Source of the DNA: Octopus bimaculoides
Lineage: Eukaryota
Direction of reading: 5' to 3'
Length of the DNA stretch: 64,000 nucleotides
Assembly (NCBI RefSeq): GCF_001194135.2
Contig: NC_068983.1
Coordinates: 64,182,922-64,246,921, forward strand
Made by a program: the position numbers and the translations under genes. How positions within the stretch are numbered: position 1 is the stretch's first letter; each line of letters begins with the position of its first letter. The notes beneath the pieces are model-generated. The model had not been told where the DNA came from, made no database searches, and was given only the letters and a program-made list of their open reading frames with translations. This document shows, piece by piece, positions 27,063 through 39,644 of the stretch.

Positions 27063-29940
27063 TAAACTCAGAACTCAACGCATTCTTATTTACAAGGCAA
27101 TACGTGTCATACAAATGCATAGAACGAAAGGAAACGCACATAGAAATATGAGAAGATAGCTATGCTGGATTGGTCTACAGCAAGTCTCAGACAGTCATTC
27201 GACCAATTCATCCTCTGATAACTGGACGCTACGAAATTTCCTGTCATCATTTTCCGCAATAGCTGTTTCATGAAAGGCCGCTCATTCACTGGAGTTCGAA
27301 CGTCTGCCGCAAGGAGACTGTTTGCATTAAATTTGCTAACCATCTGGTAATTTTTAGGCGTCTTGTGTGTGTCCTCATCTCCTCAAGCAACACAATATTT
27401 TATTCATTCTCTAGTAGGGAGAAATTTAGATTAAGAAGAATAATGCTATCAATATCCATTATCATAAAAATACGAAAGTCCTCTTCCCATCCCCTCCTAA
27501 ACTTTAATATTAAGAAGAGGATAAAAGAATCATATTTCTCTAAGCATTAATGGATCTTTAAGCTTTACTTCCAGCGAAACCTCTTTGCTACCCGGATTGT
27601 ATCCAACGTCACACTATCCACTTCAAATATTACTTATCCCTATTCCACTTCATCAGGTTTCCCTTCTTGTGCATACGCACACAAGCACTGAAATACCTTT
27701 AGTTACTCACCAAACTCCGACGACTTGTGAAGCTCGTGAGGAATGACTTTTCCATCAGCCTCAGCAATCTATAAAAAGTGCATATGATTGGCTTTTATAT
27801 TTGAGGTACCTGCAATCTATTGATTTCTTGTTGCCTAAATTTACAATTTTTTACCTTGTTTTTAGTAAATTATAACCCTGTCTCGTTTCCACCTGGTCAT
27901 CAACGCTGAAAAACGCCTGCGTGGACCTGCTGTTGAAAGTATCAAGCCTGGTTATGCTGGGGATGTCTTGTCGATTTCTCGATTATTTTGTATATGATGC
28001 TGGAGGTAATGTGATATGAGGTGATATCGTCTGATTCCAATCCAGATATTTCTTAGTCTTAGTAGCAGCCACGGTCTGAATAGCAAGGATCTGTTTTACT
28101 TGTTACTGCATCATCTGCTGTCGATTTCCGTCCAATTTTGTCTACTACTTTTCCTCTTCTGGACAGTAAACATATTAATGACATTGATATATGTGAGATT
28201 TACCACTCTGATTAACTCTCTAACGGTTTCCCAAATATAATACAACTTCGAGGTAGCTTCTGGAAATCATAAATATCTCCTAACAAAGCTCAGAAGTATC
28301 AGGTCATCCCATAAGTTCTGTCCGTTTTTACCATTTAAAAACAAAATTTAATGAAACTTAAAAGTATTTTAGAATGTCTAATCGAATTAAAAATTATTTT
28401 TATGCATCTGCGTATATTTAAACTAATTAAATATTATTTTACAGAATAATAAAACAAAAATTTCAGTGATTAAAACCCTTTCTAAAATGGAAGTATCCAA
28501 AGAGCATTGATTTATGAGTAAAAAAAGGAAACTCTGCAACCGAAGCGACTCGAAATATATACTCAGTTTATAGGAAAGAATGCTTGAATGAAAGAACTTG
28601 CAGAAGACGGTGTGTAAATGGCTTGCTTTCTTTATTCAAAATTCGGACAGAATTTATAGGGTGATCTTATACATCGGGTTCAGCTCACCATTGCGCTCAA
28701 CAATTACGCGTAGTGAAGAAAGAATGTTACGAGAAATCAATAACTCAATATTTAACCTTCGTAGCATGACCAATACTACAGATTCTTATAGTGTTTCTGG
28801 TTTCTCAAAAATATCTTACTAGCCTAGGAAGAGGAGAGAGGCATATCTGGTGTTTGCATCACGCCTTCAGCCTAAAAAATACAAGAGATATTTTCATATG
28901 CCTTTTTTAATCGATGGAGAAAATGTCTAATCACATCCGGTCAGGGCCTTGTCGGATAGCTTCAAAGGCATATTTACGTTCCTCATATACACAAGAGCCA
29001 ATGAATTCCACGCGATAATCGGTAAATAAACCACAATAAAAACCAAAACTATGAAACCTAGAAAGAAATATTGAAGATCCCTAATTTTATGATCAAACAT
29101 AATTGCACAATATTCCAAAAGTATGAGCTACTTGTTTCTTATGTAATGTTCAGAGGAAAACCGCCTGATAGATAACAAGATAAACATCCAGAATCGTCTC
29201 TTGATGTTAACCCTAAAGCAGATGTAAGGCATCATAGAAGTACAAAACTTGTAAGTCATACTTGATCAATTTCAAATTGAAAAAGGAACGTGCTATTGAC
29301 TTGGGCCCAAAAAGTGTGCTCCAGATTATTTCGAAAATTAAGTCAAAAGTATGACTGATACCAGTGGTAAATCATTCACGGCAAAATAGTATCATTTAAA
29401 ACACTGAATAGTATAAAATTGATATTTTTACTTGTGTAAGGTACTCATAATTAATCTAAGCATTTCGGTATATGATATATCTCTTTCTTCCCCCTGCGCG
29501 TACTATTTAGAATATAACATGTTGCTCTGGGCACTCCGTGTAGATTCTTAGCAAGACTACTGAATAAACAGATATTTCTTTATAAAATTACAAATAGACA
29601 AAATGCAAAAAGAAGCAACATATGTATGTGACAAACCATTACTTAGATTGGTTCAATGCACCTAATAACACCTACAACATTTCGGCTAAGGGTCTCATAA
29701 CCCAGGCATAGTTTTTCATCTTCATTCAATATCTTATACATATATTTCTGCTCCATGGCCACGTTCGACAAATCCATTTGAAACTTACTGTTTTATAAAA
29801 ACATCTGAGAATCTCTAAGATCTCGGAGTTCGGCTTTTCTGCATACATTACGGTAACCCCTACTACGTAACATCCTCCGTTTTGGCCCTCAATGATAGTT
29901 TTTCCTTCGTAATCCTACTTATATTGCGCATGGCCTATTT

Positions 29941-30210
29941 ACTATGTCACTGCACTCGCGATCACGTGATCGTGGGTACGATTTCTAGACCGAGTGGCGT
30001 TTTGTGGTTTTAGGCTAAACACATCGACTCACGTTGCTCCTCGATCACTTCGACATCTGACGTGTGGTACACTGTGCATCAGTACAAATACTATATATTC
30101 GATGGAGTGAGTGAGTTAATATACCGCACAATCAATATAAACATATCATGTGTGCAGGTTTTCCAGCACGAAATTGCTAAACCGTCTTTGTCTGACGCGT
30201 GAAACTGTTA
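29941..30210. promoter_or_regulatory. CpG-enriched segment with palindromic E-box (gcgatCACGTGatcgt); candidate promoter or enhancer
   Basis: About 18 CpG in about 270 bp by manual count, in otherwise CpG-poor DNA. CRE-like tgacgtg and tgacgcg; octamer atgcaaat just downstream (about 30236). Confidence 0.35.
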
Positions 30211-31113
30211 TTTCAGAATCCCAGTTACATCACTATGCAAATGCCATGTACTTGTTTATAATTATTCTATAATGTATACATGTATGTAAATGTTATCATG
30301 CAAGCTGAGAGTGCAAGTTCTATTGTCCACGTGTATGCGAACACAACCGAAATTATATGTGAGAATCTGTGTCCGTTCTTATACTATCTGGTATTCCATG
30401 TAGGTTCTTTTCTCGGTGTATATTCTACACACTGTACAGCTTGTTTCTGGCTGCCCTTACATGAGATCTGAGACATTTGCAATTATTGCTATAGTCACGA
30501 TCGTTGACAGAAAAGAATCCAGCTCATTTCCTTTTGTCGACAATTCATTGATGCTTTACCTTACTCTTTCTCTTCTCCCTTATTTTTCTTTCCGTCTAAT
30601 TCTACAAAAATCCTCTTCCAGTGTCTGCTACCATTTCTCTCACTCACTGTCTCTCGATCACTCTCTCTTTCCCTCTATTTCTATCTCTCTCACCCACTCT
30701 CTCTACATCTCTGAATGCTTCCCAGTGACTGTTATTTCCTATTATATTATCTTCATCTTATGCAGAAAATCATCCCTTAATTAATTTGACTTTGACAACA
30801 ATACATACAAATTTGACCCCCACCAGGCTCATTGCATTCGGTAATATAAAGCAGGCATCGAACAGCTTTAAAAGGGAACTTTCACATAACTAAAATGAAG
30901 ATGATATTATGCCAACCGACTATCATTCAGATTCATCATACGATGGTTAGTCACTTCAATCTTTAAATTGCAGCCATTTATTCAACTGTTTAATTTAGCA
31001 GAATGTCCTCAATATTTGATTTTTTTTTTCATTTCTATATATATATATATACATATACATACATACATACACGCAAACACACAGACCGACACGCACACAC
31101 ACACGCACACACA

Positions 31114-31155
<42 letters not shown>

Positions 31156-31337
31156 GGCACACACCCATTTTATTCATAAAAAAGTATGTAGTTCACAGGT
31201 AAGCCGTCACCCAACAGTGGCTTAGCTAGCCGAGAATTCGAAGTCACTGTCAACAACATTCTTGCTGAAGAATAATGAATTTTCTAATTTACAGAAGTAT
31301 AGAGTTATATATCAGATTATTGTTATTTTTTTAAATT

Positions 31338-31686
31338 ATAAGCTATATTAGATCTCTGAGAGGGATATAAACAGTAGCAATACGGAATCGTAACATATAA
31401 TTGCTAATCGAATGTGGCGTCCCATACGGGACAGTGCTACTGACGTTTGTAGCCACAGGAAGACATCTCTTCCAGCAGGCTAACGACACACATTCGGTGT
31501 GCGATTATTATTTGTATGTCCGATTAGTATTTGTGTGTCGTTAGCCAGCTGGAAGAGATGACTTCCTAGGGCTATAATCGTCAGTAACACTGTCCTGTAT
31601 AGGACGCCACACTTGGTTGGCATTTATATGTTACGATTCCGTATTGCTACTGTCTATATCTCGCTCAGAGATTTAATATAGCTTAT
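31338..31686. mobile_element. Foldback/MITE-like palindromic element (about 155-bp arms, about 39-nt spacer), with a third partial arm at about 31810-31905
   Basis: ataagctatattagatctctgag..gcaatacggaatcgtaacatat..ggaagacatctcttccagc..gctaacgacacaca is mirrored by tgtgtgtcgttagc..ctcagagatttaatatagcttat. Confidence 0.85.
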
Positions 31687-32729
31687 TTATCCTTCTTCGA
31701 GATCAGCATATAGAATTTTACGAGTGGACTGAATTTTCATCTTCAGCTAATGATTAACAAACGCTGAGGACGGGGAACCTCTCCTCGCAAATACTAGTCT
31801 GACACAAGATGTATGTCGTTAGGCAGCTGGAAGAGATGTCTTCCTGGCGCTATAAACATCAATCGCACTCTCCTGTAGAGGATGTCACACTTGGTTGGCA
31901 ATTATACGTTTTTTATTATCTCTGAACCTAAAAACATATATATATATATATAATATATATATATATANNNNNNNNNNNNNNNNNNNNNNNNNNNNNNNNN
32001 NNNNNNNNNNNNNNNNNNNNNNNNNNNNNNNNNNNNNNNNNNNNNNNNNNNNNNNNNNNNNNNNNNNNNNNNNNNNNNNNNNNNNNNNNNNNNNNNNNAG
32101 AGAGAGAGAGAGAGAGAGAGAGAATCGTCAGAATCTTGGAAAAAGAAACTTTTGTTTCTTCATTATTATTAGCGCTTTCCTTCCTCTCTAGAACTTGTGA
32201 AGCACAATTTTGTGAATGTACAGCTTGTTCATTTATATATATATATGATGGATTCTGGATTCTCTCAAAGTGGTAATCATGTACTATAGAGAGGAATGTT
32301 TCTTTTAAGGCTTGCTGTTGCCTTGCAAACCTTTCGGAAAAGGGAACAAGTTGAGGACACGGTTCGGTCGAGTGCTTGTGGATCATTTACTATGTGTTTT
32401 CTTGAGTGGACAGGAAGACTTGATCTGCTTCGTGCCACAAAACCACAATGACAGGATGGTTTACATTTAGAAAAGCTATGTTTTGCCACCGTGCCCTGAT
32501 GCTTGCATGAAGTTTGTCCCGATCTTGCAGTCAACTTTACTGATATCTTTAAACTGAGGAGAAGCAAAACTGCGTTTGTTTTCCCCAGGAAGAAATTGAA
32601 ATATGTAATTTTAAATAGTGTAATTCAGTTCAATTTGACCTAAAGTTTCGCAGCGAATGGAGAGATACAGGAAATCCAAAATAGCTATAAGATGTTATGA
32701 GTGCCTTTCTCTTCAGTTTGTTCACTCTT

Positions 32730-32824
<95 letters not shown>

Positions 32825-32907
32825 TGTGTGTGTGTATGTGTGTATGTATGTGTGTGTACGTATGCATACATAAATATGTATTTATATGTATCTTGTTTAC
32901 CTTACAG

Positions 32908-33035
32908 GCGACGCATGGCACCAGCATTTTTCGCTCGAGTAAAATAAAACAAACTACTCCAAATCCTTGCTAGGGAATCTGCGAAAGTGATATCAGGACA
33001 AATTTTCCTCAAGGAGAAATTCTACGTCATAACAG
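32908..33035 (+). other. Candidate non-coding (5' UTR or lncRNA) exon
   Basis: Acceptor tcttgtttaccttacag|G and donor CAG|gtagga; stops in all three frames. Confidence 0.35.
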
Positions 33036-33147
33036 GTAGGATCTAAAGAAGCCATAAGAGGATGATGTGGTTTAGTTGTAGAATCTTAGTGATATATATA
33101 TATATGTACAAATGTATGCATAATAATATATATAAATATGTATATTA

Positions 33148-33184
<37 letters not shown>

Positions 33185-33194
33185 NNNNNNNNNN

Positions 33195-33235
<41 letters not shown>

Positions 33236-34738
33236 ATACTTTGCTATTCTAAAAGTGAAATCTGATCTTAGAAAGACAAAAGCAATATTTTCTGTCTCAC
33301 TTTACTCTGAAATGTATATTGTTCATCGAAGAAATACTATTAAACCATCTAAAATCATTACGCTACGAGAATGCCAATTTAATTGCAGACTTTAATGTTA
33401 TCTAATAGTTGTCGCTTTAATAAAAGCATTCTTTCTATAAACCTCGCTCTATTTGTTCTGAATTAAGTGTTGAAATATTTGAATAAACAATCCGATATCT
33501 CAAGAAGTCATTTAAACATTTGAATGTGAAAATAATTACGTCACAATCCGTTAGTTTTAGCCAAGACGAACGTGAATTAAAAATATTACAAAAGGATTTA
33601 AAAGACAATAATTTCTAAAGCAATTTTCAATTTAAATTCTTGGTGTTTCTTCATCTTCGCAGTCATAATAGAGCAAACAAGTTTATTTATTGTTGTAGAT
33701 TGTGGCACAGGAGAAACATTGAACGGTAAACATTTCATAATGTCAATGATAAGCAGATTTATAGTTCCCTTGATGAATATTTTATTTGCGTATCTATCAG
33801 ATCTTCTCTCATCTCTTTCACTTGCTTCTCCCCCGCTCTGCATCTCTTTCACTTGCTTCCTCCCCTGCTCCTCATCTCTTTTATCTCTCTCTATTTGAAG
33901 ACTAAGATAATCAGTCTAAAAAGGAGAGAAGAGGGAGGTGAAATAATGAGAAGGAGAAGAGAGAGAAAATTAGCGGGAGATAAGAAGAGATATCAATATC
34001 CACTTCTATTTACACAAACACTGAAAACGGAAGGAATTTGTTCGCTTATTCCAACAAGATCGTCCATCAATGTTTACGTTTTGTCAGTCTGTGTATCATT
34101 CAAGAAGATTTACATTATTTTGAATATCGTTCTTTCTCTGAATAGAATCATAATATCTGTCTTCTACGCCTGAACATAGAGATAAAGAACAGCATTTACT
34201 ACATAACATATAAATATATTCGCTTTCACTTATTCTTCAGAGATTTAGATATTCGTTAATGAAATTATCAGTTTTCACCCAAATGACTGAAAATCTCCTC
34301 TTCCAAATATATTGAGACTCACGCTGCAACTAAATTTCCAAAACAAGCATCACAATTTGGATTGTATTGAAATACTATCAGTTGTCAGTCTACATCTTTT
34401 CGTTGACGATATTTGCGGCTCATATTCACAAAATTGTTAGATGCGATTTTAAGACGACCTGGATGTTATATCTAGTGAGATGTGCGGCCATATACGGCAA
34501 TCTTTTAATTCCTTCACTCGTTAGTTGAGAATGATATCTATTTTGTTATTTGAAGTTGTAATTTAGCAGTTGGAAGTTAAAATCATATGGTACTGCATTC
34601 TACACTTCACTCAATTTCATAGCTTACTACTGATGCAAACGCACACATACGTCTACACATATATACGTTCATATATGTACGCATATATATGCACACATAT
34701 ATACGCATATATACGTTCATATATGCACGAATATATAT

Positions 34739-34782
<44 letters not shown>

Positions 34783-34817
34783 CCACCCACACACACACAC
34801 TCGTAGAGATGCATTTA

Positions 34818-34910
34818 GAAGCAGGCGTGGTTGTGTGATAAGAAGGTTGCTTCACCGCCACATGGTTCAGGGTTCAGTGCAGTCCCACTAAGTGGCACTG
34901 CTTTGAGAAG
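34818..34910 (+). mobile_element. tRNA-related head of a second SINE family (partial)
   Basis: gcaggcgtggttgtgtgataagaaggttgcttc..ccacatggttcagggttcagt..cccact..gtggcac resembles a common octopus SINE 5' end (from recall). Confidence 0.6.
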
Positions 34911-35163
34911 CTGTACCGGGGGACAGAGATACACACACTTTCTCTCTCCCGCTCTCTCTCTCTCTCTCTCTCTCACGCACTTACACACACGCGCGCACAC
35001 GTATTCTATGGACTTCTTTCAGTTTCCACCTTCTGAATCCACATTCAAGGTTTTGATGTGTATGCATGAGTATGTATATGGATGTAAGCATGTATGTAAA
35101 TGTATACGTATGTTTATATATATATTATCGGAATTTTATAGTATTAAATATCCATCACAACTG

Positions 35164-35247
35164 ATCTTACCAATCGGTTTCGCACAAAGAATACAATGGA
35201 AATTTTAGGTAACAATCTGAATATATAACTTTACGCTCATCAGAGAT
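35164..35247 (-). ncRNA. Type I hammerhead ribozyme fold (Penelope-associated type)
   Basis: Minus strand: ATCT-CTGATGA-GCGTAAAG[39 nt]CTTTGTGC-GAAA-CCGATTGG-TA-AGAT. Stem I 4 bp, stem II 8 bp with two G-U, near-palindromic stem III, GUA cleavage triplet. Confidence 0.75.
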
Positions 35248-35249
35248 AG

Positions 35250-35660
35250 CCGATATGGAAGGGGATATGGCGACTGCTCTCTATTGTTGGAGGTGGGTTA
35301 GCACAACCGGTCAGCGGCCGCTGAGAAAAGTGGTAGAAGGAAAAAGGGTCCAGGACATTGGTTTAGAAGTTATATCCCTTGGTTGCGTATGGTGTGAAGC
35401 TGGCAAGAGTTAATGTTAAAGTAGGGGAAGGTGTAGACTATTAATGCGGGGCGGTGCGTGGTATGAAATGGGGTGTGTGGTATGATAGCAGTGTCATATG
35501 TATAATTTTTTCCAGGGCGTCTAGGTATATATAGCTCTGTTCGTCGGTCTGTTTACTTTGTGTAAAGTCGTGGGGTAGGATTATATTTGCATGCGGTGTG
35601 TAATATGTAATATGTGTATGAGTGGTCTGTGTATATGTGGAGGTATAATTTGCGTGAGAA
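35250..35660 (-). mobile_element. Probable Penelope-like element remnant upstream of the ribozyme
   Basis: GC-richer block directly 5' of the hammerhead; decayed ORF 35441-35758 lacks a decisive motif. Assigned by context only. Confidence 0.35.
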
Positions 35661-35678
35661 GGTATGTGTTGGAGCTGG

Positions 35679-36004
35679 TGGCAAAAAGATTTCGACCAAA
35701 GTACGCGCAAATACACACATATACACACGCACATGCCCATAAGACGGACATTCCGCAAAAATAAGAGATGCTATGCAGATGATGCTACCAAGACGGAACT
35801 TGCCAAATTTGTTGTCTACCTGATTTCTGAGAATATTTTCCCTTGTAACTTAAAGATGTTAATACATACTACAAGGCAAATGCTTCATCCTCTCAAGAAG
35901 GGGACATATTTTCAATCAGGAAATTTTTTTGCGTTTTGTCCGCCTTATGTTCATGTGTGTATATGTGTGTATTGGTGTGTACTTTGGTCAAACTCTTTTT
36001 GCCA
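35679..36004. mobile_element. MITE with about 75-bp imperfect terminal inverted repeats
   Basis: tggcaaaaagatttcgaccaaagtac..aatacacacatatacacac..cataagacggaca versus tgtccgccttatg..gtgtgtatatgtgtgtatt..gtactttggtcaaactctttttgcca. Confidence 0.8.
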
Positions 36005-36353
36005 GACTCAAGGTCATTGGTGTGTGTGTTTGTAGGTATATGTATATATGTATACTTATGTTTATGTGTATATGGGTGTGTACTTCCATACATGTGTGCG
36101 TACTAGCCTAAAATGGTGATGACTGTTTTATAACTTCCTGCTGCCTCAAGGTCTGCTTCCTGTAAACCACTTAACAGGCAAGATAACTTGTTAGTTTTAA
36201 TTACCCTAAAACTATATCTGGGCTACTGCCTGTCTGTTTCGTTGCACCCCTTCACACCAAGTTATGGCTGCAAACTAATTAAAATAGCTGTTGAAACAAT
36301 AGAGTTGTTTTGACCTCTTTGCTCCCGGCATGCCTGTTATACATTTCTTTGAT

Positions 36354-36565
36354 GGAATCGTTCCATTACTTTACTGATGTATGATGCCAGAGAGATAAGC
36401 CTATAGTATTTTTTAGCATTTGCTCTGTTTCCTCGTTTATAGATAGGCTATATTATGTCCTCCTGCAATTTACCTGGCAGCTTAACACTTGCAAGGAAGC
36501 TCTAAAAGCTCGTTTGCATGGTTTGGGAAGGACTACTGGAAATCCGTCAATCAGCAGCTGATTTG
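36354..36565 (-). mobile_element. CR1/L2-type LINE reverse transcriptase relic (N-terminal RT region)
   Basis: KSAA..DGFPVVLPKPCK, then KLPGKLQEDII*PIYKRGNRANAKKYYRLISLASYISKVMERF, resembling GPDG..P..K.G.....NYRPISLTS...KVMER. Confidence 0.8.
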
Positions 36566-36995
36566 GCGTGTATCTCATTAATAGCCTTATATGATGTCGA
36601 TGTAATGAAAATCATTTGTTACTGGTTCCCTGTTTATATATGTAGTGGTAAACATGTCCATTCATGGTTTCACTTATCCTCTTTGGTGTCCTTTTTGTAC
36701 CTACAACACACCTAGAAGAAACCCTGAGTCAGATCTATTTGGATATGTAAGTACATATTAAATTTGGTACTTACATATCTGCATATCTGAGGTACACTAC
36801 CATCGCATGCTACCTCATAGTCTTAACTAGCTGTCATGCAATATTTGATACATGTGTTCCTGATTTCTGCCTTTCTCTCAAATTCCCTACACTCTTTGGC
36901 AAAAAGCAAGATCGTGACCTTATCATCGTCTTTATTTCAGCATTTTAAATCTGTCATACATGTTTTTATCGTATACAATTTCTCCTCGTCTTCAG

Positions 36996-37013
36996 ATGAG
37001 CAAGTCATGTCAG
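36996..37013 (+). other. Candidate 18-nt microexon
   Basis: tttctcctcgtcttcag|ATGAGCAAGTCATGTCAG|gtaaga; strong splice signals, length divisible by 3. Confidence 0.25.
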
Positions 37014-37548
37014 GTAAGACTCTAAATATTCTTCTTACCAATGGACTTTGCAAAGAGCATGCTCTCATGTATTATTCTGTTGGTTAAGATTTCGAAGTCC
37101 CAAGATAACATCTGGGCATCGTTTTCAAGAGCTTCCATTTTTGTTTCCAGAAATGGTCACAGCAACTTTGTGCACTTCCAGTGATTTATAGCTGGAATAT
37201 TATGTCATCTACAATGTTGGTTCTAATATTTAGCTAATTCCCTGCTCAGTCTCACAGGATGTGACCTACAGCCAAGTTGTGACACATTCCTCATCTATCG
37301 ATCTATCTATCTATCAAAATGAATTTATGCAAACATACATATTGCATATATATATATATANNNNNNNNNNNNNNNNNNNNNNNNNNNNNNNNNNNNNNNN
37401 NNNNNNNNNNNNNNNNNNNNNNNNNNNNNNNNNNNNNNNNNNNNNNNNNNNNNNNNNNNNNNNNNNNNNNNNNNNNNNNNNNNNNNNNNNNNNNNNNNNN
37501 NNNNNNNNNNNNNNNNNNNNNNNNNNNNNNNNNNNNNNNNNNNNNNNN

Positions 37549-37645
37549 GTGCGTGAGCGTGTGCGTGAGCGTGTGCGTGAGCGTGTGCGTGAGCGTGTGC
37601 GTGAGCGTGTGCGTGAGCGTGTGCGTGAGCGTGTGCGTGAGCGTG
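37549..37645. repeat. 12-bp tandem repeat (gtgcgtgagcgt) x about 8
   Basis: Direct reading; starts at a gap edge. Confidence 0.95.
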
Positions 37646-37656
37646 TGTGTGTGTAT

Positions 37657-38017
37657 GGAGGCGCAATGTCCCAGTGGTTAGGTCAGCGGTCCCGCGGTTG
37701 TAGGATCATGGTATCGATTCCCAGACAGGGCGTTGTGAGTGTTTTTTGGGCGAAAACACCTAAAGCTCCGCGAACCAACCGGCAGGGGGTGGTGGCGAAG
37801 CCTACTGTACTCTTTCACCTCAACTTTCTCTCACTCATTCTTCCTGTTTCTGTTGTACTTGCATTTCAAAGGGGCAGCCTTGTCACACTGTGTCACGCTA
37901 AATTTCCAGAAAACTACATTATGGAGTGCTCGGCCACTTGCACGTTAATTTCAAAAGCATGCTGTTCTGTTGATCGGATCAATTGAAACCCTCATCGTCG
38001 TAACCGACGGAGTGCCA
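37657..38017 (+). mobile_element. tRNA-derived SINE (third family) with (TACA)n tail
   Basis: ggaggcgcaatgtcccagtggttagg (A box), ggtatcgattccc (B-box-like), ends gtcgtaaccgacggagtgcca followed by (taca)n. Confidence 0.8.
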
Positions 38018-38077
38018 CGATATACATACATACATACATACATACATACATACATACATACATACATACATACTTAT

Positions 38078-38120
<43 letters not shown>

Positions 38121-39223
38121 NNNNNNNNNNNNNNNNNNNNNNNNNNNNNNNNNNNNNNNNNNNNNNNNNNNNNNNNNNNNNNNNNNNNNNNNNNNNNNNN
38201 NNNNNNNNNNNNNNNNNNNNNNNNNNNNNNNNNNNNNNNNNNNNNNNNNNNNNNNNNNNNNNNNNNNNNNNNNNNNNNNNNNNNNNNNNNNNNNNNNNNN
38301 NNNNNNNNNNNNNNNNNNNNNNNNNNNNNNNNNNNNNNNNNNNNNNNNNNNNNNNNNNNNNNNNNNNNNNNNNNNNNNNNNNNNNNNNNNNNNNNNNNNN
38401 NNNNNNNNNNNNNNNNNNNNNNNNNNNNNNNNNNNNNNNNNNNNNNNNNNNNNNNNNNNNNNNNNNNNNNNNNNNNNNNNNNNNNNNNNNNNNNNNNNNN
38501 NNNNNNNNNNNNNNNNNNNNNNNNNNNNNNNNNNNNATATATATATATATATATATATAAAGATAGATAGATAGAAAGATAGATTAGAAAGGAGAAGAGA
38601 GAAAAAGCCGAAAAGAGGTTGATCTACAGAAACTGAAATCGAAAAGTGCTTCTGTGTGTGGGGGTGGCGATGCATCGGGAGAGAGAGGAACAGAGAGACG
38701 GGGAGAGACAGAGAAAGAAGGTTTGAAATTAGTGCACATAAAGGAATACATATATTTGTAAATTTGTTGATACTTAGATACACATATAGACAGATTTATG
38801 GAACAAAAATGTGAGAGATATAGATTTTATATCTGAGCTTTGTGTGAAAAAACTATTTAAATCTTGTCGATTACTTCAATGGAAACTCTGTATTGGAACC
38901 CACTGGGAGAATTATGCAGCTAATTAGAATAAAAATAGGTAATATACAAGTACTGTGGTATTATACAATGCAATATTGATATAAGTACAAAAGGAATTCC
39001 AAACGATAAAAATACCCACAGAGATGTTTCAAAAAGATACGTTAGATATAAGAACAAATGTACCTGCATATGTATGTCCAGCCATACACAGATATATAAA
39101 TACATAAACAGATTCATAGATGATGGGCATACAAACATAAACGTAGACTCACACAGACACACACAACTCACACACATAAGTACATACGCACACACACGAG
39201 CGCGTGCACACACACGAGCGCGT

Positions 39224-39260
<37 letters not shown>

Positions 39261-39357
39261 ATGTATAATATATAGGAAATAGGTTCTATAAATATCACTG
39301 TGAAATCGAATTAGAAGCACACAATGACTCGTGACGTACATCTATCTACTATCTATC

Positions 39358-39408
<51 letters not shown>

Positions 39409-39595
39409 TTATATATGTATAATGTTATCTTAGATAAACTGAAGCAAAATACGCAATCAATCACAGGCGCATGAAAACACACGGCCGCATTCATAAGCGT
39501 ACACACTTGTTCCTCCATTTTACACACACACAACNNNNNNNNNNNNNNNNNNNNNNNNNNNNNNNNNNNNNNNNNNNNNNNNNNNNNNNNNNNNN

Positions 39596-39644
<49 letters not shown>

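Noticed and set aside
27107-27343. 78-aa minus-strand ORF with protein-like composition
   Set aside because: No recognisable family and no convincing splice sites.
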